From: Raja brachyura
Lineage: Eukaryota
Assembly: GCA_963514005.1 (NCBI GenBank)
Contig: CAUPSL010000303.1
Coordinates: forward strand, 1-64,000
Direction of reading: 5' to 3'
DNA length: 64,000 nt
Program-made: the position numbers and the translations under genes
In this document: positions 1-14,105 of the stretch, in pieces
How the letters are laid out: the number at the start of each line of letters is the position of its first letter
Position numbering within the stretch: position 1 is the first letter of the stretch
The notes under the pieces: generated by a model
The model's database searches: none
The model's input: only the letters and a program-made list of their open reading frames with translations
Told to the model about the DNA's origin: nothing

Positions 1-282
1 CACGTCTCGTAAGTCTCACTGAAAACTTTAAAACAAAATTAAATTCGTTCTCAATGTTAAGTGAAACATTTTGTGGGCCTGCCACTGAACTTTTATTATT
101 TATGAAATTTAGGAAAACGTCACCCGTTGCTTCTCTTCAGAGATGCTGCCTGTCCCGCTGAGTTAATCCAGCATTTTGTGTCTATGTTTGGTTTAAACCC
201 GCATCTTCAGGTCCTTCCTATACAAAATTATTATGTGTATTCCCAATCGTTACAGAGTTATAGAGGACCGATGGGGGATTGA

Positions 283-1680
283 GTGGGGGCACTCAGGTCA
301 AAACCTTCCTGTATATGGACGATGTCGCTGTCTTCTGCTCAGATCCAGGGTGCCCAATGTCGCCCTCACCCTGATGGCCACCTTCGTCTGTGGCTGCATC
401 AGGCGGAGCATAGAGCCAAGGCACGTGGGCACGAAATGTCACGACCTGCTGAGGTTCTACCTGTTCCCGGTGTTGCGAAGGTTGGCTCTGGCGCATATGC
501 CGCTGAGTTATTCCAGCATTTTGTGTCTATCTTTGGTTTAAAACTGCATCTTCAGTCCCTTCCTATACAAAATTATTATGTGTATTCCCAATCGTTACAG
601 AGTTATAGAGGACCGATGTGCGAGTGAGTGGGGCACTCAGGTCAGCAGGTAGTGACATTTGGTGCCCACGTGCCTTGGCTCTATGCTCCGCCTGATGCAG
701 CCACACACGAAGGTGGCCATCAGGGTGAGGGCGACGTTGGGCACCCTGGATCTGAGCTGGACATTGCTGGACATTGCTGCACCATCTGTCATTCGTGGAA
801 AGATTCTCCCAGACCAACACCTTTGACCACATGTCCATTGGGCAGTGTTCACCATGGAACATCCTGCAGGCACTGTAGGGAAATGACTCAATGGATCCTG
901 TGGCATGGTTCCCAGAGCAGACTGCCCAACATCTGGCGAAATGCTTCATCGACAGAACTGACCAACAAGCACCAAGACCTGACTTGGCAGGCGGTGAGGG
1001 GAGCCCTCCCAGACTGATCCTTCTTGCATCATTGGAACCTTACTATCAGCGTATGCTGCCCTCGGGATGGCTGCTACGGAGAGGAGACGGTTGCCCACGT
1101 CTTTGCAGAGTGTGGATTCGCAAAGAGAGTCTGGAAAGGTCTGCAAGGGTCCCTGTCACGGTTTATTCCGAAGAGCTCCATCACAGAGGACTCTGTGATT
1201 TACGGACTGTTCCGAGGGACGCATTCAGCGACGGACATCGAGTGGTACTGGAAGGTCATCAACTCGGTGAAAGATGCTCTTTGGCCTGCCCGAGCGTTGT
1301 TAACCACCCAGCAGAATGTCCGTCAGGGAATGTTGCCGACTGGCCCGCTGCAATCTGGAGCAGTATATGCGGAAGGACGCACTGAAGCTCGGTGCAGCCA
1401 ACGCCAAGGCTCAGTGGGGGAGGGTCACAGTGTGGAGTCCTTCCGCTGCTCCACATGGGGGGCACGGTGTGGTGGAGATGCCCCTTAAAATAAGAGATGG
1501 GATTCCATGCCAGTGGCCACATGAGTGGCAAGGGTGGGGGGGGGGGGGGGGTAAAATTGTGAAATTTGAGCAATGTATGTAAACAGTGTTGAATGTCTGT
1601 ACAGCCTCCGGAAATGTCGGACGAATATTTTTGTACCTTTCATGTATTGTATATATTTATTACTTGAAGAAAAAAAGTGA
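283..1680 (+). mobile_element. Tx1/L1-clade LINE ORF2 relic (RT motif plus C-terminal zinc-binding region), internally deleted and rearranged
   Basis: GGTQVKTFLYMDDVAVFCSDP (YMDD RT motif) at ~285-347; ELTNKHQDLTWQAVRGALP and CPRDGCYGEETVAHVFAECGFAKRVWK (zf-RVT-like) at ~950-1140; A-rich tail at ~1670; stops and frameshifts. Confidence 0.8.
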
Positions 1681-2202
1681 ACACAACTGAACATGTTACT
1701 CCAAACTGACCATCCTGAATATGAAATGATGCACGGTTTCTACAAATATAGATGCACCTGAAGACAGGTGCGTGTGAGACCAGTGTACTGATGTGGATTA
1801 AAATGTGTTTACTTCCATGTTGATCCCGGGCTGTGAACGGAGATGCGGGCGGCGGGATCCACTGCCCAACATGTGCAACGCCTCCTCAGGTTACACCAGA
1901 GGCTTCCTTAGCGCCGGGCCACGTCCCTTTCTGTCCAACCTTAGTCTTTCTCGTCCATATTCAGGTCAATGTCCAATGTTTAATGTCCAATCTACCCCAT
2001 CCTCGTGTGAGATGAGTTGGAAGCGGCCAGGACACCTTCACACTGAACACCTGCAGCCAAATAGCATTCATTGCCCGGGATGGCAGCTGACACAGCGACA
2101 CAGTACGGTAGGGGTTGAGTATAATTTAGTCTAGTGATACAGCGCGCAAACAGGCGCTTCGGCCCACTGGGTCCACGCCGACTAGCGATCCCCCCACATT
2201 AA

Positions 2203-2529
2203 CAATAGACAATAGGTGCAGGAGTAGGACATTCGACCCTTCGAGCAAGCACCGCCATTCAATGTGATCATGGCTAATCATCCCCAATCAGTACCCCCGT
2301 TCCTGCCTTCTCCCCATATCCCCTGACTCCGCTATCTGAGCCCCATCTAGCTCTCTCTTAAAAGTATGCAGAAAACCGGCCTCCACCGCCCTCTTTGAGG
2401 CAGAGAATTCACAACTGTGAACAGACCCGCCATGCCGGGAATTAACCTTGTGAGCCGACTTTGCATTCCCTCAATAGCAAGAATGTCTTTCCTCAAATTA
2501 GGAGACCAAAACTGCACGCAATACTCACA

Positions 2530-2530
<1 letters not shown>
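2203..2530 (-). mobile_element. CR1-clade LINE 3' fragment
   Basis: EYCVQFWSPNLRKDILAIEGMQSRLTRLIPGM on the minus strand; CR1 tail GGTGCAGGAGTAGG..ATTCG..CCCTTCGAG shared with other copies in the window. Confidence 0.8.
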
Positions 2531-3002
<472 letters not shown>

Positions 3003-3574
3003 TAGAGAGGAGTTAACAGACCGCAGGCTCAGGTTTAGTCGGGCCTTGGCGAGACTCTCTGAGAAAGCTCGAACACTGAGCCGGAATCCGACAGAGAAGG
3101 AAAGTAAACTGCAGTGCGCGAAACATCAGGAATAACTGAAGGTGTTTTGTGAAACAGACAAGAAACTGATCTGTGTGATTTGTCGAGATGCGCGGCAACA
3201 CAAGTCTCACATATTCATACCGCTAGAAGAAGCTGTTGAAATCAACATGGGAAAAGCAAACCGATATTGACCACATCATTGTGTCATGTTTTGTTTATTT
3301 TCTGACATTTTTCTTCTCTGATCTGAACCCCAACGCCAGGATCAGGTGAAATCTTCCTTCCAGTCTCACAAAACTGAAATCGCAGATCGAGCATGAAAGT
3401 GGCATCACCGGTGGATTGGATTGTCAAGAATGTTTTTGGTTTTTTGACCATCATTTATAAACTTTCTTGTTAGTTATAGTATGGAAGGTTGACGTTATCT
3501 TACAGTTGTACGAGACGTCCCTGGGCCCAATCTGGGGAATTTGGGCAAACGTGCTTAATTCGGGACACCATCAG

Positions 3575-5895
3575 GAGGGTCTATACGAGAGATCACGCAC
3601 TGGCCCTCGCCACTTCACCGCCCTCCAGCAGCCCGCAGCGTCGCCTTCCCTGCAGCCTGGAATCCGCACCGAGCCTGAAGTTCCCACGCTGCAGAATTCC
3701 ATTCCCCTGGGTGTTACTGCGCGGCATCCTAATGCTACCACACCACCCCCCCCCCCCCCCACCACCACCACCACCACCCTGATAATCGCAGTGGTTGTTC
3801 CACTGGGTCTTCCACATCACGCGCAAACTATGTAACCCCAGCTCTTCCTCACCCACACTACAGTCTTCAGGCCCCTCCTCCAGGTCCTGTCTCACTCCAG
3901 TCTCCCCCCCCCCTTAACTTACAGCCATCGACTCACTCCGCAACAACCCAGACTGGGTTATTAAACCCGCCGACGAGGGAGGTGCCGTGGTATTCTTGCG
4001 CGCCGATCTCTACAAAGCATAGGCCACACGCCAACTCGAGGACACCTCCTCCCACTTACCCCTGAACGATGACGAGCACCAGGCCACTATCTGTAGCACC
4101 ATCACTGACTTCATCCACTCCGGCTCCCTGCCCCCCCCCCCCCCGAGCCTCCAACCTCATCGTTCCCCAGCCCCGCACGGTGCGATTTTACATTTTCCCC
4201 AAAATCCCCAATCCTGAATGTCCCGGTAGACCCATTGTCTCTGCCTGTTCGTGCCCTACCGAACGCATTTTCACATACCTTGACTCCACCCTATCCACCT
4301 TGGTTAATTCCCTCCCCACCTATGCTCAAGACATCTCAGACACTCTCCGTCGTCTCCGGGAATTCCGTTCTCTAGGCCCCCATTCCCTCATCTTCACCAT
4401 CGACATCCAGTCACTCTACACCTCCACCCCTCACCAGGATGGTCTCAAAGCCCTGGAATTCTTCCTCGACCGGAAAACCAACCAATACCCGTCCATTGAT
4501 ACTCTCCTCCGCCTAGCGGAGTTGGTCCTTACCGTCAATAACTTATCGTTTGACTCCACCCATTTCCTCCAAAATACAAGGCGTAGCTACGGGCACATGC
4601 ATGGGCCCCAGCTATGCCTGCATCTGTGTAGGGTACGTCGATGCGTACTAGGTCCCCGACCTCTACTTCCGCTACATCGACGATTGCTTTGGTGCTGCCT
4701 CCTGCACCCACACACAATTGACTGACTTCATCCACTTTACTACTATCTTCCAAATACACCTGGCCCATTTCCGACAATTCCCTACCATTTCGTGACCTCA
4801 CCATCTCCATTGCAGGTGATAGACTTCGGACCGACATCCACTATAAACCCACTGAATCCCATGGCTATCTAGACTACACTTCTACCCATCCTGTTTCCTG
4901 TAATGTCTCCATCCTCTACTACCAATTCCTCCGTCTATGCCGCATCTGCTCCCAAGATGAGGTGTTCCGCAATAGGGCATCGGAAAAGTCCTAATTCTGC
5001 CGGGAATCCCTTACTATAGATGAGTCTCTCACCAGAGTCTCTATAATACCCCGTAACACTGCTCTTTCTCCCCATCCCCCCACTCGTAACAAGGGCAGAG
5101 TCTCCCTAGTCCTCACCTTTCACCCCACTAGCCGTCACATACAACAAATAGTCCTCCGTCATTTTCGCCACCTCCAACGTGACCCCACCACTCGCTATAT
5201 CCTCACACCTCCCCGCCCCCCAGTCTGCTTTCCGCAAATACCGTTCCCTCCGCAACTCCCTGGTAAATTCTTCCCTTCCCTCCCGCACCCCGGGCACTTA
5301 CTTTGCAACCGCAAGGGATGTTATACATGTCGCTCTACCTCCCCCCTCGACACCATTCAAGGATCCAGGCAGTCGTTCCAGGTGCGACAGAGGTTCACCT
5401 GCATGTTCTCCAACCTCATCTCTTTCATCCGTTGCTCTGGATGTCAGCTGATCTACATCGGTGAGACCAAGCATAGGCTTGGCGAACGTTTCGCCGAACA
5501 CCTCCGCTCGGTCCGCATTAACCAACCTGATCTCCGGGTGGCTCAGCACCTCAACTCCCCCACCCATTCTGAATGCGACCTTTCTGTCCTGGGCCTCTTC
5601 CACGGCCAGAGTGAGCACCATCGGAAATTGGAGGAGCAGCACCTCATATTCCGCTTAGGCAGTTTGCACCCTAGCGACATAAACACTGACTTCTCCAATT
5701 TCCCGTAGCCCTTGCTGTTTCCTCCCCTTCGCAGCTCCCCCTCAGCCTTCGGGCTCCTCCGCTTCTTTTCTTCATTCTTCTCCCCAACCCACCCTACATC
5801 AGTTTGAAGAAGGATTTCGGCCCGAAACGTTGCCTATTTCCTTCGCTCCATTGATGCTGCACCCGCTGAGTTTCTCCAGCATTTTGTCTACCCTA
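3575..5895 (+). mobile_element. Penelope-like retroelement (RT plus GIY-YIG endonuclease), degenerate
   Basis: FYIFPKIPNPECPGRPIVS, FTIDIQSLYT, YFRYIDD (~4665-4685), LIYIGETKHRLGERFAEHLRSV; 3' tail with a hammerhead-like motif at ~5803-5829. Confidence 0.88.
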
Positions 5896-6019
5896 GAAAA
5901 TGCGAGATGTCCTCTTTATTTAGTTAACGAGTTCACCTCCCTGCTGTATGGACCCCTCTCTGTCCCGCAGTTCTGATCTCACTCCTCCTACCCGGAAAAA
6001 CACACAAGTGGAGAGTTCC

Positions 6020-6610
6020 AAAGATAGACATAAAATGTTGGAGTAAATCAGCGAATCGGGCAGCATCTCTGCAGAATTGGAATAGGCGACGTTTCAGCTC
6101 GAGACCTTTCTTCAACGCACCAGCCTCCGCATTCAGCACGTCATCATCTGATATTTTTTTCACCTCCAACGTGATCCCACTACCAGTCACATCTTCCCAT
6201 TCCCATCCGACTTCGCAGAGTTGCTCCCACTGCAGCTGCATAATGCACTCAAACCTTTCCGCTCAAAGCATCCCCTCCCCAGGTATTTCCCCCAACAGTT
6301 CAAGAAGGAACAGCAGATGCTGGAAAATCGAAGGTAGACAAAAATGCTGAAGAAACTCAGCGGGTGCGGCTGCATCTATGGAGCGAATGAAATAGGCAAC
6401 ATTTCGGATCGAAACGCTTCTTCAGACTGATGCAGAGTGGAGGGGGGGGATGAAAGAGGAGGAGCCAGAGGGCTGAGGGATAGCTGAGAAGGGGAGGAGA
6501 CAGCAAGGGCTACCGGAAATTGAAGGCCAATGTTCAGGCCACTGGGATGCAGGCTGCCCAAACGGAATATGAGGTGCTGATCCCTCAGTTTCCGATGGTG
6601 CTCACTCTTG
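6020..6610. mobile_element. Short Penelope 3'-end fragments in both orientations
   Basis: Match the 3' region of the element at 3575-5895 (GSLHPSGLNI on minus; TTCTTCAGACTGATG tail). Confidence 0.65.
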
Positions 6611-7422
6611 CACTTTTGGACAGGTACATTGATAGGGCAGGTTTACAAATGATACGGGGCATAAACACGCAGATGGGACTCGTGAAGATGAATTACATTG
6701 GTTGAAAGGTGAGCTGTACGGCTTGTTTCCGTGCTATATGCATCCATAACTCATAACCCGTATCAACCCTGTGTCTACCTATTACCTACAATGTGTTGTC
6801 CTGCCCCTTTTAACTTCAAACCTATATCCCCCACACACAATTGTCTGAAGAAGCGTCCAGAGTCGTAACCGCACCGATGTACGTTCTCCTGAGATGTTGC
6901 CTTAGCCGCTAAGTTACTCTCTTAGGTCACCCCCAATAAATCCATCGTTTTACAGATCCAAGTAAACCCTACCGCAGTAATATCTCCAATAGTTTTCCCG
7001 TGACAGATAGAGTCGTCGCATATAATTCTAGCTGTGTCCCATTTGCCCTTCATAAACAGAGGTACAACATTAACGACCTTCCAGCGATCTGACACTGGCC
7101 ATTTATTCGGCCATAAACAAAGAAGCATAGATTGCAAAATGTAGTACATGCAATGTATCCGGTAAATAGCACGATGCGCCCCCCTTGAGAAAATATTGCG
7201 AGCTCATACGTTCACTGCAACGCTTTTGCCTGGCCGGTTGATTTCCTCCAGCAGTTCATGTTCAGCTCAAGGTTCCACCATCTGCACTTCCTGGTGTCGG
7301 CAGTTGGAACAAACAGTGCTCAATCTATCCTGGGAATTTCTCGCTGATATAAATAATATATACGTTGCAAGTAAAACATTGTCGACTGCCAGATTCACCC
7401 GAGACTTCATTTCGCTCTGAAT

Positions 7423-10400
7423 ATGAGTCAGCAAGTAATCATACAAATAGAAAGTGTTTATTATCCTATTCTTGCAATTATTGGCGTTCCTGGTAAGTCA
7501 TTTGGAGACGTTCCTAACAGATTCGTTTACATGCGTTTGTTTCATAGACGTTTATGGCTATGAACAAATCTGTCTCATGATTATATTTGTATCAATGTTC
7601 ATGAATACATTATGTATGTCACTAGCCTACTTTCGAAAGTCAATTTGAAATAGCGCGATGAGAAGGAAATATCTGCAGATTGATTCCTCGGACGACGCGT
7701 TTGTCATATGGGGAAGAATTTAAGTGGACATTGTAAAGGAGTTTAGGAAAATGAGGGGATATTTAATTGAATACAGGGTTTGTTTTTCATGCCTTTAGTG
7801 TTTGAACAGGGGTGTTAGTCTAAGCACGCGACCTTCCAGGATAGGGATCAGGGTTGATTTCTAAACCTAGAGTCTAGTAAACAGTGCACGTCTGTGTGCA
7901 AGGAAAGGCGATGACGGATGTGGGTGCATACGGGATCATGGAGCCAACTTCACAGAGGCATGATCGTGTTGAATAGTGAACCAAAGGCATTATAGTATGT
8001 ATCCTGCTGTTTCTGAGATAGCACTAGTCTTCTAGTAGAGACAAATATGCGGATATAATACCGATTTTCACGAAAACCTTAAGCATGGAGTAGAAGCGAT
8101 GAATTCGTTATCGTTCATATTCCGCATATAATCCGCCCTGGACAGTCAGAAACAAATACATACAAGAGGAAACTACTCACGATGTGGGCTGATTCAATTG
8201 CATCCGGACCATCGGTTTACTCGTCTTATTCGCCCGAATCGCGCTGCACGATTTCTGGCTTCTCGACGGGAACGGTCGCTGGAATCCAAGCGTAATGCTG
8301 ATTTCCGCACAGCTGTGGCGACGGTAGACGTCTGAGCTCAGATGTCAGCTTTCAAAGTTGTGAGCGCATGCGAAATTAAAGCAAAGTACTTCAAGGACAT
8401 CGTAGCTTTTGTGAAGGTAAACTGTAAGTCGAAATTTCAGTCGATACACTGCATTGGTGCCCTGACAAAGTAGTGAGTGAAAGAGGGAGTAATGTGCTGA
8501 TGAGATCCACAGAGTCATTGAATGCACGGTAAATCATCAGTTCACTACAGGAAGTGAAAAATATAATGTAAGCGAATAGTATAAGAATGTTTATAATTTG
8601 AGTTAATTGTTGTAAATCAAATGCGTTTCCTTGGAATCATTATAATTATTTTTAAATAATATTATTTGATTAATTGGTTGTTTATTATTGAAGCATGCAT
8701 TTTTAATGTTGCTGTTTGTTCTACTTGTGCGTTTAGAAGCTGACATGTTATTGTCAAGTTGTCAAATGATGTACAGCCTTTAAGCTGTCCAACCATGAAG
8801 CCGAAACGAGTCCGTAGACCTGTACACAGCAGTACATCTTTCAGCTTTGGAAATTCTGCTAACCTACCCAACGTAACAGTAACAAATATTCCACAGAGGC
8901 GGGTAAATCCGCGGGATTACATTCAGGGCAGCAAGTTCAGTTCGAACCACTCTAACCCATTACAACCAGTTATTGGAGAGAAGTAATTAGAAGCCCTTAA
9001 GAGTTATCTCTTTATACCGAATAATAAATCTGTTAGCCTATGGAATATTCATGGCTAATATTGTGAAGATATAACTATGACGTGATGTAAGCACATTTAA
9101 CACAGCTCTTATGTAGAGTTGCGTCCTGTTATATTAATTAATATACACAATCAGAGCACAACCGCAGGAGCAACATGATATGGCACCTGAGACATACTAA
9201 CGCGGCACAGTATATGGGAGATAAGTAAATACGCAGCAATTCTTGTATATTCCAAATAATTTCCGTTCTGACAGACTGAACACAAATGAAAACGACAGTG
9301 TACAGATTATGTAGTTAATCGCAAATGGATAGTAAACAATAGAAACGCGTCCCAGTGCACACGTCACAATAAAAATACAAACTAACATTCCGATGTTTGA
9401 CGCAGTGAAATTGACAGACAAGTGAGTGCAGATGTTGGGTCTCGTGGAAAAAAATAATACAACGCAGTCCAAAAGTCCAGACTCGGGAGAATTTTATTGT
9501 CACATGTCCCACATAGAAGAATGGAATTCTTACTTGTAGCAGCACAGCAGAATATCTAAACACAGTACCCTAATCCTGGGGAAATTCAGCTGTTCTGGCA
9601 ACATTGGTGCAAGAAACTGTGCAGGCAATGTTTTGAATCGGATATTTACTTCGATGTTTGAAGGAAAATGTTCCGGTCGTACCTAGGGTTGTCTATTTCC
9701 CTTCTCCGATGTTGCCGGAATGACTGTGCTCTTCCGCCTCTTTGTTTTTTTCTCTTCTTGAATCTGGAGTAGTTTGGAACAAAGCGAAAGATAACTTGAT
9801 GCGACGTAAACATGTCAAATATCCCTCAAAACGTAGTCCATAAAATTGTACCCGAGAATAGAGAGTGATCTATATATTTTTCTTCTATGTTACAGCTGAC
9901 TTGGTGGTAATCATCATTTTCTGTCGGGGGAATTATGGCCTCTCCAAATGTATCACCCGTTACCTGGTGGCTATGGCAGCAGCTGATCTCATGGTCCTGA
10001 TAGTTGAAGTGGTCCTGTATGAAATTAAAAATGCTTATTTCCCAAATTAATTCCTCAATTACACCCCCATTTGCAGTCTGAACCTGGCCCTTCTTTTTGT
10101 TTCTCTGGATTGCTCTGTTTGGTTAACTGTTGCCTTCACCGTTGATCGTTTTCTTTCAATTTGCCATCTGCGTTTGCGAACCAGATATTGCTCTGAAACA
10201 ACTGCATCTATTGTGATAGCTGTGATCTGTTCGCTTAGCGTTTTAGACAATGTGCGTGCTTATTTTATATATGAACCACGAGAAATAATCGACAATGTGC
10301 CATGGTTTTGTTCGGTAAAACCATCCTGTTTTACATCTCCTGTATGGCAGGCATTTCTTTGGTTTGATACTATCCTAAACCCAATTGTGCCAATTGGTTT

Positions 10401-10797
10401 GATAATACTTCTTAACTCTGTTACCATAAGACATATTTTAATGGCCAACAGGGTGAGGCAGGGACTTTGACAGCAGAATACATCAAAGGTGGAAAACGAT
10501 CCCGAGATTGAGAATCGAAGGAAATCTATAATTTTATTGCTTGCAATAACTGGGAGCTTCATACTCTTGTGGATGGTAATATTCGTGACCTTTCTTTCGG
10601 TGACATTTACACATAATCAAACATTATCGACAAATTATAATGATCCCTTCACTGTTGCTGAAAAATCTGGTTACATGCTCAGGAGTTTAAGTGCTTGCAC
10701 AAATACATTTGTTTATGCTGCATCCCAGGCTAAATTTAGAGATGAATTGAAGAGTCTGTTTAGGTATCCTCTAACGTGCGTCAGAGGTTTACTGTGA
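7423..10797 (+). pseudogene. GPR139/GPR142-like class A GPCR pseudogene; exon 1 7423-7492, exon 2 9896-10797
   Basis: Exon 1 MSQQVIIQIESVYYPILAIIGVP then GTAAGT; acceptor TTACAG at 9895; 7TM frame with DRF and NTFVY motifs; in-frame stops TAA 10048-10050 and TGA 10468-10470; no frameshift. Confidence 0.9.
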
Positions 10798-11899
10798 TAA
10801 ATTCAGTCCGTTCAAAAACCGAAAGGGTAACTCATTGCAGAACTCTATTTTTGCTTCATTTTGGATGACAATTGTTCAGGGAGATATGTCAAGGACCTGT
10901 GTAATTTAAAAACTATGCGTGATACTCATTCAGATCAAATTGCTTATTGCCAATTTCAACAAAGGGCAATTGATTACCTTTTTAGCAAGAACGTCGTATT
11001 GCGATGGCGGACACAACAATAAATATAGCAAAGAATGTAGAGATTAATGCAAAGATTATCGTGCAATCTAAAGAAGAGCAGAAGTAATAAAATGTAAATA
11101 CGGATTAAAACGTGTGAACTAAAGTTAATACTATGAGTATTAAGCAACACCTCCTTGAAAGGGACGTGCGAGAGATGATTGGTTCGGGATCTAATTACTG
11201 CGAGGAACAAGTTGTTCTTAAGTCAGCCGGTAACAGCCAATGATAGCTCTTTTGAGAATCATGTTATCACACGCTGAAGTATGTAATTTCTTCCAATCCA
11301 GCAGCTGTATCAAACCTTTGTATAAAGGACCGATCTAATTCCATGCGCTCATTCAATTTATCACCTTGAATGTGAGGGCAGACAATAGAGTTCCGGGCAA
11401 GGGTCAATTACGTACAGAGGAATTTTCTTCGTCTCAAGATGGGTACCGACCCGAAACTCGCATATCCATGTTTTCTGGAGAAGCTATCTGGCCCGCTGAG
11501 TTAATCCAACACGTCGTTGAGACTTCCGTGCAGTCAGCGTCTTTATTTCCTTGCGTCCACATGACCAGAATAAATATGGAAATGAGAAAAATGACTGTAT
11601 TAGACACAATTGTTATTATTACGTAGTAAATCGCCCTCTCTGTTTCTGTCACCACTTGGGCGTGATTGTGTGCGTGTGTGTTTCTGTGTGGGAGATGTAT
11701 GGTAATGCTGAGGCTTTAGTTGTGTTAGCATTGATAATCCCCTAGACATTGTCCTACTGAAGAAAATAGAAAGTTTGTCCACCAGTTACGGTGTGTCACA
11801 GTGTATGATAGTGGTGAATGGTTTCTTCCACCGCGACTTTCACCCGATACTAACTGAGAATTCCGCACTGGAATCTATCAGCGGAGAAGAGTGCACGCA

Positions 11900-12090
11900 C
11901 TAATCAGTATCAATGGTGCCTACGTTAAAATGGTTGAGAGGTTCAGCTATTTGCCGTAAATATGACCATGCATCTGTCAGTTAGTGATCAGCCAAGAGGC
12001 CTATACTTCCTCAATAGACTGAGGAAATTCTGCACGTCACCAAAGACATTTAAAAACCTTTACAGATGTGCCGTATAAATCATACTACGC
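11900..12090 (+). mobile_element. Rex1/Babar-like LINE fragment
   Basis: Degenerate LYFLNRLRKF..FYRC..ESIL-like sequence, the family also seen at 54590-55121. Confidence 0.5.
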
Positions 12091-14105
12091 AATAGACAAT
12101 AGGCAACAGACGCAGGGTAGGCCATTCGACCCTTTGAGTCAGCACCGCCATTCAATATGATAATGGCTGATCACCCCAATCAGTACAAACTTCCTGCCTT
12201 CTCACCATATCCGCTATCTTTAAGAACCCGATCTCAAAGTCAAAATCAAAGCCAACTTTATTTGCCACATGCACCCGAAGGTGTAGTGAAATTAATTTGC
12301 CAGCAGCGATAAACTTAAAAATAACGTACAATATACAATACGCTTTAACACAAACTTCAAGCTCTCTCTTGAAAGTATGCGAAAAAACGGCCTCCACCGC
12401 CCTCTCAGGCAAATAATTCCACAGACTCACAACTGTGTATTAAAATGCGTTTCCTCATCTCCGTTCTAAATGGCTTTCCCCTTATTTTTAAACAGTGGCC
12501 CCTGTTTCTGGACTCCCCCAATATAGGGAACATGTTTCCTGCCTCTACCGTGTCCAAACCTTTAATAATCTTATATGTTTCAATAAGATCTCCTCTCATC
12601 CTTCTAAATTCCAGAGTATACAAGCCCAGCCGCTCTATTCTCTCAGCATATGACTGTCCACCCATCACGGGATTTAACCTTGTAAACCGACGCTGCAAGC
12701 TCAATAGCAAGACTGTCCTTTCTCAAATTAGGGGACCAAAACCACACAGAATACTCCAGGCGTGATCTCACTTGGGCCATGTAGAACTACAGAAGGACTT
12801 ATTTGATCCTGTCCTCAACTACAAAATAGCACCAATGCGTCCACGATTTCTAGAGCAACTTCCTTAAGAACGCTGGGATGCAGTCCATCGGGCCCTGGGG
12901 ATTTATCAGCCTTCAGTCCCATCAGTCTACCCAACACAATGTCCTGCCTAAAGTGGATTTAATTCTGTTTTTCCGTCACGGCAGATCCCCTGGTCACTAG
13001 TACACAGTCGCCCCTTACGGCCCATGAAATCATTCTTCCTCTGATCGTGCACCATCTGCATTATTCCCAGAAATACTTGCCATTTTTGTTCCATTGTCAT
13101 CCCTGCTAGGGTATCTTTCCAGTCATCTTTGGCCAGCTCCTCCCTCATGGCTCCATCTTCCCCATTATTCAACTAAAACACTGACACCTCTAATCTACCC
13201 TTCACTCTCTCCAATTGTACATTATACCTCACCATGTTATGGTGACCGCCTCCTAATGCCTCCTTAACCTCAAGTCCTTTATTAAATCCGGATAACTACA
13301 TAACACTAAATCCAGAATTGCCTTCTCCCTCGTAGGCTCCAATACCAGATGCTCTAAGAATCCATCACGGAGGCACTCCACAAACTCCCTTTCTTCGGTG
13401 CAGTACCAACCTGGATTTCGCAGTCGACCTGCATGTTCAGATCTCCCATCACAACCGTAGATTTACCTTTACTACTTGCCAATTGTAACTCCTGATTCAT
13501 CATGCACCCTATATGCAGCCTATTGTTTGGGGGGTGGGGGGCTGTAGATAAGTCCCATTCGAGTATTTTTACCCATACAATTCCTTAGTTCTATCCATAG
13601 TGACTCCACATCTCCTGTTTAAATGTCATCCCTTGCAAGGGATTGAATTTCATTCCTCATCAACAGAGCTACCCCACCCCCCTCTGCGCACCTGCCTGTC
13701 TTTTGGATAGAAGGTATACCCTTGAATATTCAGTTCCAACCCCTGGCCCTCTTGCAGCCATGTCTCAGTAATACCCACGACCTCATACTTGCCAATTTCT
13801 AACTGCGTCTCAAGCTCGTCCATTTTATTTCTTATAATTCACGCATTCATATACAGCACTTTGACTTCGGTATTAACGTTCGCTCTCGCACCGCTCGCAA
13901 TTGACACTGACCTTACCCTCTTATCCCTTCTCGAACTTTACTTCCCATTAATTCGCGAGTCTTTTGCAACTTTTCCTGTACTCACTTTCCCTTCACCTCC
14001 ATCTTTATACTCCCAATTTGGCAATCCCTCCCCCACACTATTAAGTTTAAACCCACACGTGTAGCCCCAGCAAATCTGTATGCCAGGACGCCGGTCCCCC
14101 TCCAG
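12090..14105 (-). mobile_element. CR1-clade LINE with the RT region apparently deleted (junction ~12820); small Rex-type tail inserted at ~12232-12350
   Basis: QRRFTRLNPVMGGQSYAERIERLGLYTLEFRRMRGDLIETYKI at the 3' end; endonuclease and linker-like sequence at 12830-13900. Confidence 0.8.

Noticed and set aside
10048-10470. Stop-codon readthrough or selenocysteine rescue of the first GPCR
   Set aside because: There are two different stops (TAA and TGA). The TGA aligns with an Arg codon in the paralog (CpG decay), and N1.50 is also mutated to D.
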